Position numbers and translations under genes: made by a program. The notes under the pieces are model-generated. The model made no database searches. It was not told the DNA's origin and saw only the letters and a program-made list of their open reading frames with translations. Positions 21,233 to 32,676 of a stretch of 64,000 nucleotides of DNA are shown in pieces. Within the stretch, counting starts at the first letter, position 1, and every line of letters starts with the position of its first letter. The DNA comes from Rhizodiscina lignyota. Lineage: Eukaryota. Where the stretch lies: positions 1,240,001 through 1,304,000 of the forward strand of contig ML978127.1 in assembly GCA_010015805.1 (NCBI GenBank), in the 5' to 3' direction.

Positions 21233-21711
21233 ATTCACCTATGATGTTTGGAGCACGTGTACATTGACGAGAACGGGGGAGGCAGAAGTGGTGCTTCATG
21301 GAGAGCTTATGAAGTTTTTTTTTAACGGGCTTTAGACGTGAAATGTCCGGACTGGTTGGATGCGACGTCGAAGAGAGCATCGCCACGGCCTGCTTGAGAT
21401 GGCATCGATATCTGGGAGGATGGAAGCATATTCGGCGCACGGTGTCCACCAAGTTCAAGTCAGTTTTCGAATGCAACTTGCTTGACTCTATCCCAGCACG
21501 TCTGGCCATTGCGTACTGTTCGTGACGAATCCTTTGACTCGATCCCCGTGGCATTTAGTTGCGAGGCATATGCCCCCCAATTTCAGCGTGCCTCATGTTT
21601 AATGAAGAACTAAGCCTATGGTGCGTGCTCTACGGATATATAATCATGTCATTGATGTCGTTGCCGCCGGTATTTTACGCCCATATTCAAATCCCAGAAC
21701 CAAATACAAAT

Positions 21712-22140
21712 TCAGAAGCCCGTCCCAGTCCACACACAAGCCGCTAGCACCGTCGTTCCAATCGCATGCCCCCATTCTTTCCCCTTCACCCCGCCAGGCC
21801 AAAATCTCACGATTATCGCGTCCATCCAACCCACGAAGCAATGCGCAGCGGCAACTACCCTCACAGGCCCCCAATCGCTTCTCATTGCAAAGGTGAAGTA
21901 GGAGATCCCCAGCGCAATATCACGCACGCTCTTCGCGGCCAGATATGCTGCGGCTGGGTGCTCTGATGTCTGTTCTCGAGGAGAGGTAGCGTCGACTGGG
22001 GAGCTGCTAGGAGGAGCAATCGCTGTAAACGGCACCCCAAACAACCTATAGGATGCGAATTTGGGGAGGGTGAGGCCGATGAGGCCAATTGAGATGCTGG
22101 TCGTCCCGAGGAAGTACGCGAAGAAGTGTGTAGAGGACAT
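21712..22140 (-). CDS. Small integral membrane protein, DUF4267-like
   Basis: ATG at 22140 (MSSTHFF); about 4 hydrophobic segments; Y.LFGVP, KSVRDIALG, VGWMDAIIV and WGHAIG pattern. Confidence 0.75.
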   Translation of the reverse strand: MSSTHFFAYFLGTTSISIGLIGLTLPKFASYRLFGVPFTAIAPPSSSPVDATSPREQTSEHPAAAYLAAKSVRDIALGISYFTFAMRSDWGPVRVVAAAHCFVGWMDAIIVRFWPGGVKGKEWGHAIGTTVLAACVWTGTGF

Positions 22141-23813
22141 CTTGGTGGTCTTTTGATGATTCTGTGCAGCTGTGGAGCTTGGTTTCACCAAGTCCGATCG
22201 AATAGGCTAGCTTGATGCGCGTGAGAAGGGCGCGTTCGACTGGAGCAGGAGCCTCCTTCTCTCTCTTGCGACTTCAATTCTGTATCGATATCGACACGAA
22301 TAAATACCTGTTCGCCGACGCTTCTCTGACATGCGAATTGCGAAAATCTAAGGCCTGGCCCCTTCGTTCCCCGCAATCGTCATGGTGTTCGGCAACCCGT
22401 TGCGTGTTAGTTGGAATCTGCTCGATAGAGCTGCACAACACTGTGGAGCCGTAAGGCTGCTGGTATGTGTAGTACCTATTGGTGGAGGAAACGGGATAGC
22501 TGGTTGACTAGAATTTATTTTAGAATACTTAGTCTTCTGGAGAAGAGATGGAAATCGAGGAAGCGCTGAACTACAATATATCCATTGTGGGCCCTTTCCA
22601 TCCTTTCGGTTGGCAGATAACTCGCGTCGGGTATGACTTAATGCGCTGCCTGTAAGACGAGAAGAGTACTCGAAGTCGAGCCCTAAACATCAAAGTTAAT
22701 CGCCCTTAGCGGGACGCGTCTAAAAAGTCCATGCGCTGCTCAACGGAATCTGCTCAACTGGCTGTCGACTTAGCACGTTCTACGCATTGCAATTCAGCAT
22801 GACCTCAATCACCAGTGCCGATACCATGCTTGCGAAATCATGCGTTCTTTCGGTCACTCTCAGAAGACCTTAGTGTGCGATGTGCTGCGAGCACGGCTTC
22901 TATAAGGATCGGAATCTCCTTCCGCATGCGCAACTTATTGTCAATCAGTCTAGCCTATCTTATGGTGACACTCTGTCACCACTGCAACGACGCTGCTAGC
23001 ACTTGCAATTCATAGCATCTTTGAGCTTTTCCATAGCAACAAGCGTCTCATCGTCAATGGGAGGTGAATTTTACAGTGCTTTATCAGTTTGGCGAACCAG
23101 TTCCAGGAGAGTCAACCGGCTTCTCTACCGCTGCCATCAGCTGCATAACCAGCCAGTGTTGTGCTGGCTGATAACAAGGGTCGCTGTGTTCTGGTCGGAC
23201 GGGGATGTTGTATGAGTGCGCGATCGTGTGCCTCTGCGGCTTCACGATCCACATGGCGCTGGGAAACAGGTATAGAAGGCAGAATCCGCCTTCCGCCTTC
23301 ATCTCGTACTAGTGGAGTAGTGGAGCAGCTTGGTTTACTCTTCAGGAGTGCCGGTGGGAGATGATGCAATGTCTATATGCATGCATCGAGAGTTGTCGTG
23401 CATTGTACGCACGCATCTTTGGCGACGTTATGGCCGACATCACGGGACAAGAGGGGGTACGTTTGGAAGGTCGTGGGAGGGAGGTCGAACTCTCCATGTA
23501 CTTGTACGGGAGGGCTAGATAGTAGTGTCGTCATTCAATATGTTGAAGACGAGCTACATACATGCATACTCGCAAAGTGTTTGAGGATATGGAAATTCGG
23601 GATGGAAGAAGGGTGGGAGGTGATGTCAGGGGTGTAGGAGATGTTGTGGTCGTGGTTGGCAGTGTGTTCGATTATGACGGGAGTGCGCTCTCGGGGATCC
23701 GCTCCCTTTGGGGAGTTTGACTTGGGAGATTTTCAAAGTCTACTTACCCAATTGCCTAGACCGTGAAAATGCAGCAGAATGCTGTCTCTCCATCCGAAAC
23801 AGACACTAATAGA

Positions 23814-24962
23814 CTATAACTGGGTAAGGAAAGCCGCAACAGCATTAACCATTTCCTCGGCTCCTTTCGTCCAACCGACGAAAGACCCGGCCAGAAATAC
23901 ATCATGGGGCGCATCATGAAGCACCCAATGTGCAACTTTGTTGCCAGAAACCCCCCGGAACCTCTCGACAAATTCGATGTTGGTATCGAGGATGACTTCG
24001 GCCCCCCCGGATAGTACGAAAACAGCCGTCTGAGTCGGAAACGGGTGCAAGCTTGGGGATAAGTACGGGCCGTCCAAACGCATGGGCGGCGGCGCAAATA
24101 CCCGGTAACCCCAGGCCGCCATGCGTCCTTCAATGTAGTCGGTTTTTTGGTTGCGGTGTCTGTCGACATCTCGTGAGTCTGCCTCGAAAGTGGTGTCGAC
24201 CGAGGGCGAAATCAACAGGCACGCTTTAGGGGTGGGTTGGCCTAGCTCGACGAGATAGCGAACTAGGCCTATTGCTAGGGTACCGCCAGAAGAGTCTCCT
24301 CCAACCACGATACGGTGTGGGGGAATGTGCAGCTCGTTGGTGAGATATAGGTACGATGTTATCGCATCCTGGAACGGCCCAGGCCACGGCGTCGGGTCAT
24401 TCTTGTCGCCTGAAAGTCGGTATTGCACCCACAAGGAACGTGCCCCAGGTCCCAACCGAGAATTCAGGAGATCTGCAGCAAATCCACATTCGTCAGGACG
24501 GCCAGACATCCACATGAAAGATCCCCCATGGAAGTGAAGAGCCACAAGACTTTGTGACTCATTCCCATCTACTCCTTCCTCGAGGGGTTCCGGATACCAC
24601 GTCGCACCAATTCTTTGCGGCTTCACCACATCGTGGGACAGCGGGCCTTGGTAGGCTTCGGGGGAGGCAGGCTTAATGATCACCCATCGTCTGCCGAGCT
24701 TGCCTGACTTCAAGCTCATATACTGCATCCAGCCTATGTCAGTGATTACCCCAAAAACTCTCCTCATGAGCCAGGTTTTGAGAGCTTGATCGTGTGTCCA
24801 TTGCTTGCTTGGACGCAGAGAACTCGGAATATAGAGGATGGCGGAGAAGAGTAGTCCTATAAGGATTCTGATGATGCTAAGCAAAATCCAGATGATGGCA
24901 CCAGGCGTTGTGGTACGCCAACCGCTCGGATTGGCATCTTCCTCTGCCACCTGGCGTGTCAT
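23814..24962 (-). CDS. Alpha/beta hydrolase (hormone-sensitive-lipase/Say1-like esterase) with N-terminal membrane anchor
   Basis: HFHGGSF oxyanion motif, VQYRL, GDSSGG nucleophile elbow, LISPSVD, C-terminal APHD; hydrophobic IIWILLSIIRILIGLLFSAILYI. Confidence 0.9.
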   Translation of the reverse strand: MTRQVAEEDANPSGWRTTTPGAIIWILLSIIRILIGLLFSAILYIPSSLRPSKQWTHDQALKTWLMRRVFGVITDIGWMQYMSLKSGKLGRRWVIIKPASPEAYQGPLSHDVVKPQRIGATWYPEPLEEGVDGNESQSLVALHFHGGSFMWMSGRPDECGFAADLLNSRLGPGARSLWVQYRLSGDKNDPTPWPGPFQDAITSYLYLTNELHIPPHRIVVGGDSSGGTLAIGLVRYLVELGQPTPKACLLISPSVDTTFEADSRDVDRHRNQKTDYIEGRMAAWGYRVFAPPPMRLDGPYLSPSLHPFPTQTAVFVLSGGAEVILDTNIEFVERFRGVSGNKVAHWVLHDAPHDVFLAGSFVGWTKGAEEMVNAVAAFLTQL

Positions 24963-25401
24963 ATTAATAAGGGGAATCCTGGTTTCGCTGGCCGCGATCG
25001 CCTCTTGAGGAACGAAGAGACGAAAGGTCTCTGTCACGGTTCTGACATAATCTCCAGGGGTCGGTTGCGTAAAGTTGACAGAGCCTTATATACTACTAGA
25101 CCAAACTCAGTCGCGAAGGTGAGGTAAAGGTATGTAAGCGTCCTGAGCAGCCTGGCAGATGGCGGTGCAGAGCGAGCAAGTTGAGCCACAGCTGAGCCGA
25201 AGTTGAGCCAGCGTTATTTTTGTAATATACAAAGTTTACGACGCTAACTAAGAGAGGAAATCAAAGTCGGCCATGAGCTGTATGTTCTTCGCAACTCACA
25301 AACCCTCAATACCACCGCCTGCCTACAGGCAAGGCGCTTAGGTTTTGTGTTCGTCTATCTCTCTAAATGACCACCCTTGCCACCGAGTCGTTTGATTGAA
25401 T

Positions 25402-27525
25402 ATGGATAATTATTTTGAGGAAAACCAATCTTATCGCTTGAGAAGGCTGGGCTACAAATATCTCGCTGTGACGAGCCATCCCTACTTTCCGAGCCCGAAG
25501 AACATAGCATTGAAACTTCACCTGCCAGCTGCGTTTTACGAGACTGGTCCAGCGGGTCTCTTAATCCGAAGCGTGCGATCGGATGTTTTATTCCGCCACA
25601 ATTACCAGCTTAGGCTATACAATCAAAATGATGGATCGCGTCCAAAGAATAGTGGCTTCAAGATAGAGTAAAGAAGTGCCATGCATTTTGAAAGGCTTTG
25701 AACATGGCTAACTTCAATCGGGGATAGAGACCGATATCAATACACGGCGCTTCCAACTGGGCGACACATCCGACTATTGCGACTCGAGCCCGGCAAAGGC
25801 GAAGACGCGATCAAATGCTCATTTTCTACGCATGATCTCAGCATTGTACCACAATTTGTAGCCCTCTCCTATACATGGGGCACCAACACACCCTCTCAGC
25901 TCATCTCTTGCGAAGGAGCCTCCTTAGGTGTCACGCAGAACCTCTGGGAAGCCCTGCACCATTTGCGCCTTGAAGACAGGGCTCCACTCCTTTGGATCGA
26001 CGCTCTTTGCATTCACCAGAATGATGGAGCCGAACGTAATGTTCAAGTCTCGATCATGGGAGAAATTTACTGTGCGGCATCCCAAGTTATCGTGTGGCTT
26101 GGGGAACCAACAGACTCTATCGTGAGCAGCTTGCATTTGATGCGGCAGCTTCGCGCCGTTGCTGAGTCGCCGGGAAGAGCTTCGTTGTTCGTCACGGACG
26201 ACCCGTTCGTGGACAGTAAAACAGTGTCATTTTCGGACGGCGGATTGAGACTTCCGGAAAAGCACAGCCCGAAATGGAAGCAAGTTGAGGCCGTTTACTG
26301 GAGGCACTGGTGGACTCGAGCATGGGTAGTTCAAGAGCTCTGCCTCGCTCGCGAACCTATATTCACTTTCGGGCAGTGGAGACTTCGGGCCGAGGACGTC
26401 CTCACTACCGCTGCGTTCTTGCAGGAGAGTGGTATTGCGGCAGCAACGATGATCGATATCACGAATGCTGTCAGTCTCAACAATCTGCGCCAGATGCGCC
26501 TCAAGGGACAGAGACTAATCTTGCCTGACTTGTTGATGAAGACGAGATCACGCACCTCTGGAGATCCCCGCGACAAGGTGTACTCGCTTCTTGGTCTATG
26601 CAAAGAAGACGCGATAACCGTGATTCCAGACTATTCAAAGCCCACGGCGCAGGTCTACACAGAACTTGCTGTTCAATACCTCAGCGAAGGGGCTCTGGAC
26701 TGTTTGACTGCGGTCTGCGATCCGAGATGGCGAGCGATCCCGGACTTGCCTTCTTGGGCCCCCGACTGGTCTGTAGCGTCGAGGGTACATGAGTTTCTTA
26801 CACCGGGTGACAGTCTGACCACGAAAGCAAGTGCAGAATCTGAAGCTAACGTTCACTTCTCCTCAAACAACTCGGAGCTTCGCGTTACAGGCATGATCTT
26901 TGACTCGGTAAAGACAATCTGCTGGCCATATTTATTCCCTCAGATCGAAGAACAGATACTCTCCTTCCTTCCCCGCAGCGAAGATTATATGGGGAGTGCA
27001 TTTTTCAAAAACATTTACGGTTCTTTTCGGCTGAGGCAATGGGAACGATTTGCGCTTGCTCTCAAACGTTATCCCTTGCAGGCATCACCGCCCAAAAGTA
27101 ATCAGAACCACGCAAAAGAGATAATATATCAGGTGTACCTGCACACCATCACAGCAGGTGCATATCCGAATGAGGATCTGAAAGCAGCTTACGAATCATA
27201 CGGGAAGATCCACCTCTTGCATCCACCTGACCTAGAAATCGCGGTCGCGGACCTGAAGAAGGCCATGGCGTTCCGGCCATGGATGGAGAAGGCTTGCACA
27301 GGTCGCAGAATGTTTCTGACGCGAAAGGGCTATCTTGGTCTAGCTCCGTACACCACGAAGAGGGGAGACACTGTCGCATTGCTTGCTGGTGGGAAGACAC
27401 CTTACGTCTTGATGTCTGCGAAATATGGGAAGTTCAGGCTGAGAGGAGAATGCTATATTCATGGGATCATGCATGGGGAGGCGTGGAATGATGAGAGCAG
27501 CAAGCGAGAGATCTGTATTATCTGA
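25402..27525 (+). CDS. HET-domain (heterokaryon incompatibility, HET-6-like) protein, 2 exons
   Basis: Exon 1 25402-25667, phase-2 intron 25668-25727 (GTAAAG..GCTAAC..TAG). Exon 2 carries YQYTAL..IRLLRL, ALSYTWG, LWIDALCIHQ, ERNVQVSIMGEIY, WWTRAWVVQE, DPRDKVYSLLGL, LPSWAPDW and a C-terminal GRRMF..GYLGL..GECYIHGIMHGE. Confidence 0.9.
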
Positions 27526-27654
27526 ATATATACCCTTCAGCGAACAGCGTATGATCCATAAAAAGCAAATTTTATACTAGTAGCATGTTTTCAAAGCTGT
27601 AGCCATTGGGCCAAAATGCGTGTGGGGAAGCTTTCAACGGTCTATCATCACTTG

Positions 27655-29307
27655 TCATGACTCCAATACAAGTACCCAATCAGAATGCGAGCCGTTGTTG
27701 GGAGATGTGAACGTATGGCTCGCACCCGCAGATGCTCCATCAAAATCAAATGCAGTATACGTCCCCGCAATCGGATCAAACCAACTTGCCTTTACATTTT
27801 TGCTTTTCAGGCGCAAAGCATTCATCCGCACCGTGACTGGCTTCCCAGTGGGGGTATACACCAGCGCATATTCTCCGCCAGTATCTCGCGTGGCCACCAC
27901 GTGCTGATCATTGACGCCCGTGTCTCCCACAAGGATTTCCTGAGCGGGAACTCGAGAGAAATAGTCGCCTTTGCGGTCGCAGATGACTTTCTTGATGTTC
28001 TGCATCTGCGCAGCGCCGGGAGCTTGGAGAGCATCGACCCAGCTTTCTGCGGGACCGGATCCATCTTGCTCGTACAAACCAGGTACATACGCTTGCATAA
28101 CGTTATCGTTACCATAGGTGGCTCCGGATGCCCCCGAGAACACCTTCAGATGGAATATTAGCGGTCCGGTCAAAATCGCATTGTGTAGAATCGTCAAGGA
28201 AAAATGCCCTACTTACTGCCTGGAAACTGCCAATGCGCACATCACTAGCATTCCAATAAGAATAAGTCGAATTCCCATTGTCGTAACGGCTTTCGTAGTG
28301 CGCCTCATTATCCACCAACGGCCGCCTCTTTGGACTCTGATACATGAGCTCAACGGGCTCATAGCCTCTTCTCGCATTCCACCACGGAATCGGTGGATTT
28401 GGTGGGAAGTCGGTATGCCCAGATTGGCTTGAGTCAAACGTTAACCACTGTCTATCGCCTAGCATCGCAGAGGCAAGCGCAATAGGTCCCGGTTCAAACC
28501 ATTGGTTCGTGCAGTGGATCGTAATCATTGCCTCTTTGCCCTCGCCGCTGATGAGGCCTTCGGCGAGCTCGTCGTACACAGGACTCCAGTCTGTGAATTT
28601 GAGCTTCGGCGCAACACCGCCGAACGCGTAGTTGGCCTTCACGGCGGTCTTGTTAGTCCACCATGGATTTGTGTCTGCGACGAGGATCTTAGGAAGGCCT
28701 GGGTAGCGCTTCCCGATGAACGTGGCGAATGTGCGGGCGTTGGTCGAGTTGATCGGCCCAGGCAGATTGTCTACACGGACCTCTCAATATTGTGCTCTTT
28801 GACTCGGAAGCCGTAGCACCATACCACTTGAGTGAATATATTGACCCCATGCAGGCACCATGGCAACCCGAATGCCCCTTTTCCACGCAACCTCCACAAC
28901 TGAGTCGATGTGAGCCCAATACGCCTCGTTAGGCTTCGTCGGATCCTCTTCGATAAAGGGCAGATCGCCTTGCCTGTTCGGATTATCGATGCTGAAGATC
29001 TCAGTGTCTATACCACCATCCCTCAGCGGGTCACATACCCAAACTGTGTAAATCCAACTGCTAGCACTATATTGAAGCCCTTCGCGGCGCGATCGTCGAA
29101 ATATGTCTCCGCATCCGACAAGGTCAAGCGGTGGAATAGGCCCCATGATGTATCAGCCTGCCAGAAGAATGGTTCTCCCTTCGAGTCCGCGAAGAAGCGT
29201 CCTCTAGGGCTAAGCTTGAGGCCATATCCGGGGATGTTGATGGCGCTGACAGCAAATGCAAATATAGAAGCCAGCTGGACGAAATGAAGACGCAAGGATG
29301 ACAACAT
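27655..29307 (-). CDS. Secreted glycoside hydrolase family 140-like (DUF4038, apiosidase-like) protein with C-terminal beta domain, 4 exons
   Basis: Signal peptide; GRFF..GEPFFWQADTSWGLFHRL, Y..DRAAKGFN, PNEAYWAHID, ITIH, QSGH, PLVDNEAHYE, GATYG, ALVYTPTG, ASWFDP and DWVLVLE. Three canonical introns near 28990-29040, 28770-28825 and 28145-28215. Confidence 0.85.
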
Positions 29308-30278
29308 CCCGTATGAAGCTGGCCAATATTCCGACAAAGGAGAGCGGACATGATGGACGGAATAGATATACCTAGACTACAATGGAGATACCAAAGTTGC
29401 CAGCTACTTCCAAGGTTGCCCCATAGAAAGGCTTGTATCGTACGGAATATTTCCTCGAATCAAACACAAGCGCTTCGTAGTTATATGGCGGGCTAAAATG
29501 GCCTTGGCGAGAAGCATATAGTGGTACGTGTCGGAGGAAAAGGAATGTTTGCCATGACAGCCGAGAGAACTTCGAAATATCTGTGGGGATCCGGGGTAAA
29601 TAGGGGCGAGACACGCTCGAGGGTGACAAAATAGCTTGGCTATTATTGCTGTCGAAAGGGTGCGGCAAACACGAGTTGTGTCTTCACTTTATCATTGAAA
29701 GCTCGCTGTGGTAACACTAGCTGGTCTTTATAAAAACTACGTAGTTGCAATGGAATAAAACTCCTTTTGCTAAAAAAGTCATTCGTCCTAATAGGTCATC
29801 ATTCTCCACTTCTGGCGCAACTTTTTTGTAACACTAGAGCAAGGCGGGCTAGTTCGAGCATAAATAGTAGCACAGAGGATCTTTGTTTTAATTTTGGAGA
29901 AATGGTCGATCCTTGATTTTTTATGGCTTTTGCTCATCATGAGTGCATTAAAAATTCTAGAGTAAGATACAACATTGTCCGTGTTGCTGCCATTCTTTCT
30001 CCATTGTATCCCTGACCTGAAACTGCGCCAATTCAGCTTCGGTCGATAAAATGGGCACAGCAAAATGTGACTCGCCGGTGATTTATTCTCCAGATAAGGT
30101 AGAGCGAGCAGGCAGGGAAGCCAGATGGGCAAGCCATCTCCTTGTGGCCATTAACAATGCCCGCTAGCCTTGCACATTGACATGAGCGCTGCTGTTCAGC
30201 AGCAGCTCAACGATTACCTCTTGGCTCCGTCCGATGCTGCCTGCAGCGGATTGTCATTGCTGACCTTACGCGTCGACG

Positions 30279-30900
30279 TCACTTCGGGATCCCGAGCCTC
30301 TCAGTATCTTTGCCCCTAACAAGAGCATCAGCTTCGGCGACGTTGAAGACGCCACGTTCATCTGTTAGCTCGTCTTTAAGTCCAAAGTAGGTAGGGTGCG
30401 CTGTGTCGAATGGCCTATGTCTCAAGTGGACGGTGACTTGAAAGCGTCCTTATAGTCGATTCTGAAGTTGTTCCCGACGTTAAGTCTCGGTGGGAGAGGG
30501 CCAAATTTTTCGTATTCTACGGGCTCTTCGAAAAGAGGATAGTATTGTAACGATAAAATGTCGTCTTTAGCACTACGCGCATCCGCTATCGCGATAATGT
30601 CGTATTCGATAAATTTGACCTGAGGCCCCATCTCCAGCGACCATTGCTGGCAGTCCTCCTCTGATGCGCCTATAAAATCTGTCTCAAGGGTCTCGTCATC
30701 TTTCAGCTCTGTCTTAAGGCGAGGTCTCTCGCTTGGACAAGCGCGCGAATCGGCGAGGTAAAAGTTCCTCGGATCTCTGGCGTGTAAGAGTTTACGAGCG
30801 AACTGTAAACCGTCGGTAAGCTGCTAGCATATAAAATATTGTTACAATGACTTACAGGCTTAGCTTCGTCGGCAATGCAGAAGAGCAAGGGGCGGGCCAT
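30279..30900 (-). pseudogene. Fungal hypothetical-protein gene with a 1-nt frameshift near 30436 (or a sequencing error)
   Basis: MARPLLFCIADEAKP, intron 30803-30855, then FARKLL..ETDFIGASEEDCQQW..IAIADARSAKDD..FRIDYKDAFK. The frame stops at 30422, but the shifted frame continues as protein-like TVHLRHRPFDTAHPTYFGLKDELTDERGVFNVAEADALV..PK* to 30279. Confidence 0.65.
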
Positions 30901-31407
30901 AATAGACTGAGATCTGGAGACTGAATAGGAACTTGGCAATCAGCTTCGTCAAATTGCTAGGTTGTAAATTGTGGAGCCGCTGAGAAGGAGAGCGAAAACA
31001 AGGGGAAATAAGTCGTGTACAACGGTCTTGTTGAAGCTAAATCTTTCAGGATACGGTAATGCTTCGGCGCGGAGGTTGATCTTTCGGCTTGAGATTCAAA
31101 GATTGAAGCGTGTTTCTGAGGACTTGAAGTCAGGAATCTGCTGGCATATACAATGCTGGTGAACGCCGGTTGATTGCAATTAAATACGTGGTGATGATCA
31201 GAGAATAGGTCGAATTCGATGACGTGTCATACGTCACCCCGCTACGCACTTTGCACGCCGCGAGTTCTGCAAAACTGCACTTGCAGCCACCACAGAGGGT
31301 CAAATCAATGTGAGGAGGTTATTGGACTTTCAATAATTGCACGCGAATGCGCTCTCCTGACAATTCTCTTTACTTGGGGTTCTTTGACACCGCGCCCTCG
31401 TCTTCGT

Positions 31408-32676
31408 CTAAGGCTCCCCACTAAAAAGCGTGCGCGGCCTGATCCCAAATGACCCAAATCTCAAATGGCCTACGTGCGGGTACAGAAGGGAAACCTTGCT
31501 GTCCTTGATATCTAGTTCCGAAAGCCGCTCCAGATCCCTTTTCTTAGATGCGTCATTCACGACAAGCCATAGGGTAAGCCGTGATAGAGATGACTCTGTA
31601 ACAAGGCTTTCGAGCTCTTGCGCGACCTCCTGATTGATCTCGAAGTTCGACTCCAGATTCAGCTCCTCAAGGGACTCTGTATGAAGGCGAAGTGCGCGCA
31701 GCATCGGAGCAGTGAGAAAAGTGTGCTTGGACCTTTCCGAGCTGATTGTGCAAATGCTAAACTTCCGCAGCGGCTTCAGACCAGCAAGAACTTCGGGACA
31801 GAACGACATCGAATGAGGTTGGCCATACCACATGGGTGTAGTGTTTGCGGCGAAGAAGATCCTGATTGAGCTGAGCCGAGGAAGGGACTGGAGAATCGAT
31901 AGCAACTCATTCGATGATGTCTTTGAGAATCCGCTGAATTCGAAGTGTTGCAACTGCTGTAGCCGCGGCAGGAAGTCGAGGTGCAGAAGTGCATTGTCGA
32001 TTGCAAAGCCTTCAAGGTCAGTACAGCAAATGGATACAATCCTGGCGAGGAGCTCTTGTTCGGCTTGGACATGACCGAATGGCACATAGTCAAAGGGCCT
32101 CGGGCCGACTCCCAGCTGAAGGTATTTCAGATGTGCCACCGTCTGGAATGCGTTAAGAAGCGCACTGAATGGGTCAGTTTGAGGATGGCGCATCTTGTTC
32201 CTGGAGGATTTCAGACGCTTCAGACGGGTCAAAGTGCCTTGAATTAATTTTTCGCGCTGCGGCAACGGGCGTAATGGTGCTAGGAGCCGAAACCCAGTGC
32301 GGAACCCCAAATACTCTTTCCACACGCGTTCGCAGTCCGGATCTCCATTTGATTCCCATTTGACATCCGTTAGTTTGTGAGCGAGGTCTTGCAGAGTCGT
32401 GTCCGGAGCCTCGATTTGAGCTGTCTTCAAGAATGGGATGAGCAGTTCCGAGTTGGGACAACCTTGGGTCCATGTGCAGAATTGCTGAACATTCCGAAAA
32501 CTAGGCAGGTCTTGAAATGCGATGGGGAGCGCCTCATTGCGGATCTGTCTACAAACCCGTAGTAGATGCAGATATGTCTTGGATTGATAACCTTGACCTT
32601 TGTCGAAGACGGTCTCGTAAATTTGGAGGCGTAGCTCTACAGGAAGCTGCAGCAAGCGAGACTGCGATTTTGACAT
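31408..32676 (-). CDS. F-box-like protein with degenerate leucine-rich repeats (422 aa)
   Basis: N-terminal QSRLLQLPVELRLQIYETVF and LLRVCRQIRNEA; C-terminal LxxLxxL repeats (LPRLQQLQHFEF, LPRLSSIRI, LKPLRKFSI, SLEELNL). Confidence 0.75.
   Translation of the reverse strand: MSKSQSRLLQLPVELRLQIYETVFDKGQGYQSKTYLHLLRVCRQIRNEALPIAFQDLPSFRNVQQFCTWTQGCPNSELLIPFLKTAQIEAPDTTLQDLAHKLTDVKWESNGDPDCERVWKEYLGFRTGFRLLAPLRPLPQREKLIQGTLTRLKRLKSSRNKMRHPQTDPFSALLNAFQTVAHLKYLQLGVGPRPFDYVPFGHVQAEQELLARIVSICCTDLEGFAIDNALLHLDFLPRLQQLQHFEFSGFSKTSSNELLSILQSLPRLSSIRIFFAANTTPMWYGQPHSMSFCPEVLAGLKPLRKFSICTISSERSKHTFLTAPMLRALRLHTESLEELNLESNFEINQEVAQELESLVTESSLSRLTLWLVVNDASKKRDLERLSELDIKDSKVSLLYPHVGHLRFGSFGIRPRTLFSGEP

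Noticed and set aside
13120..24962. Detoxification or secondary-metabolite gene cluster (nitroreductase, MFS, GS-like, DUF4267-like, esterase)
   Set aside because: There is no backbone synthase or cluster regulator, and RPS30 sits in the middle; co-location alone is not evidence.
25704..25727. Frameshift after ATG 25704 making the HET gene a pseudogene
   Set aside because: The segment is better explained as an intron 3' end (GCTAAC..TAG) with an in-phase upstream exon.
29700..30000. AT-rich patch as a RIP-mutated transposon relic
   Set aside because: No terminal repeats, target-site duplication or transposase/RT motifs could be read.
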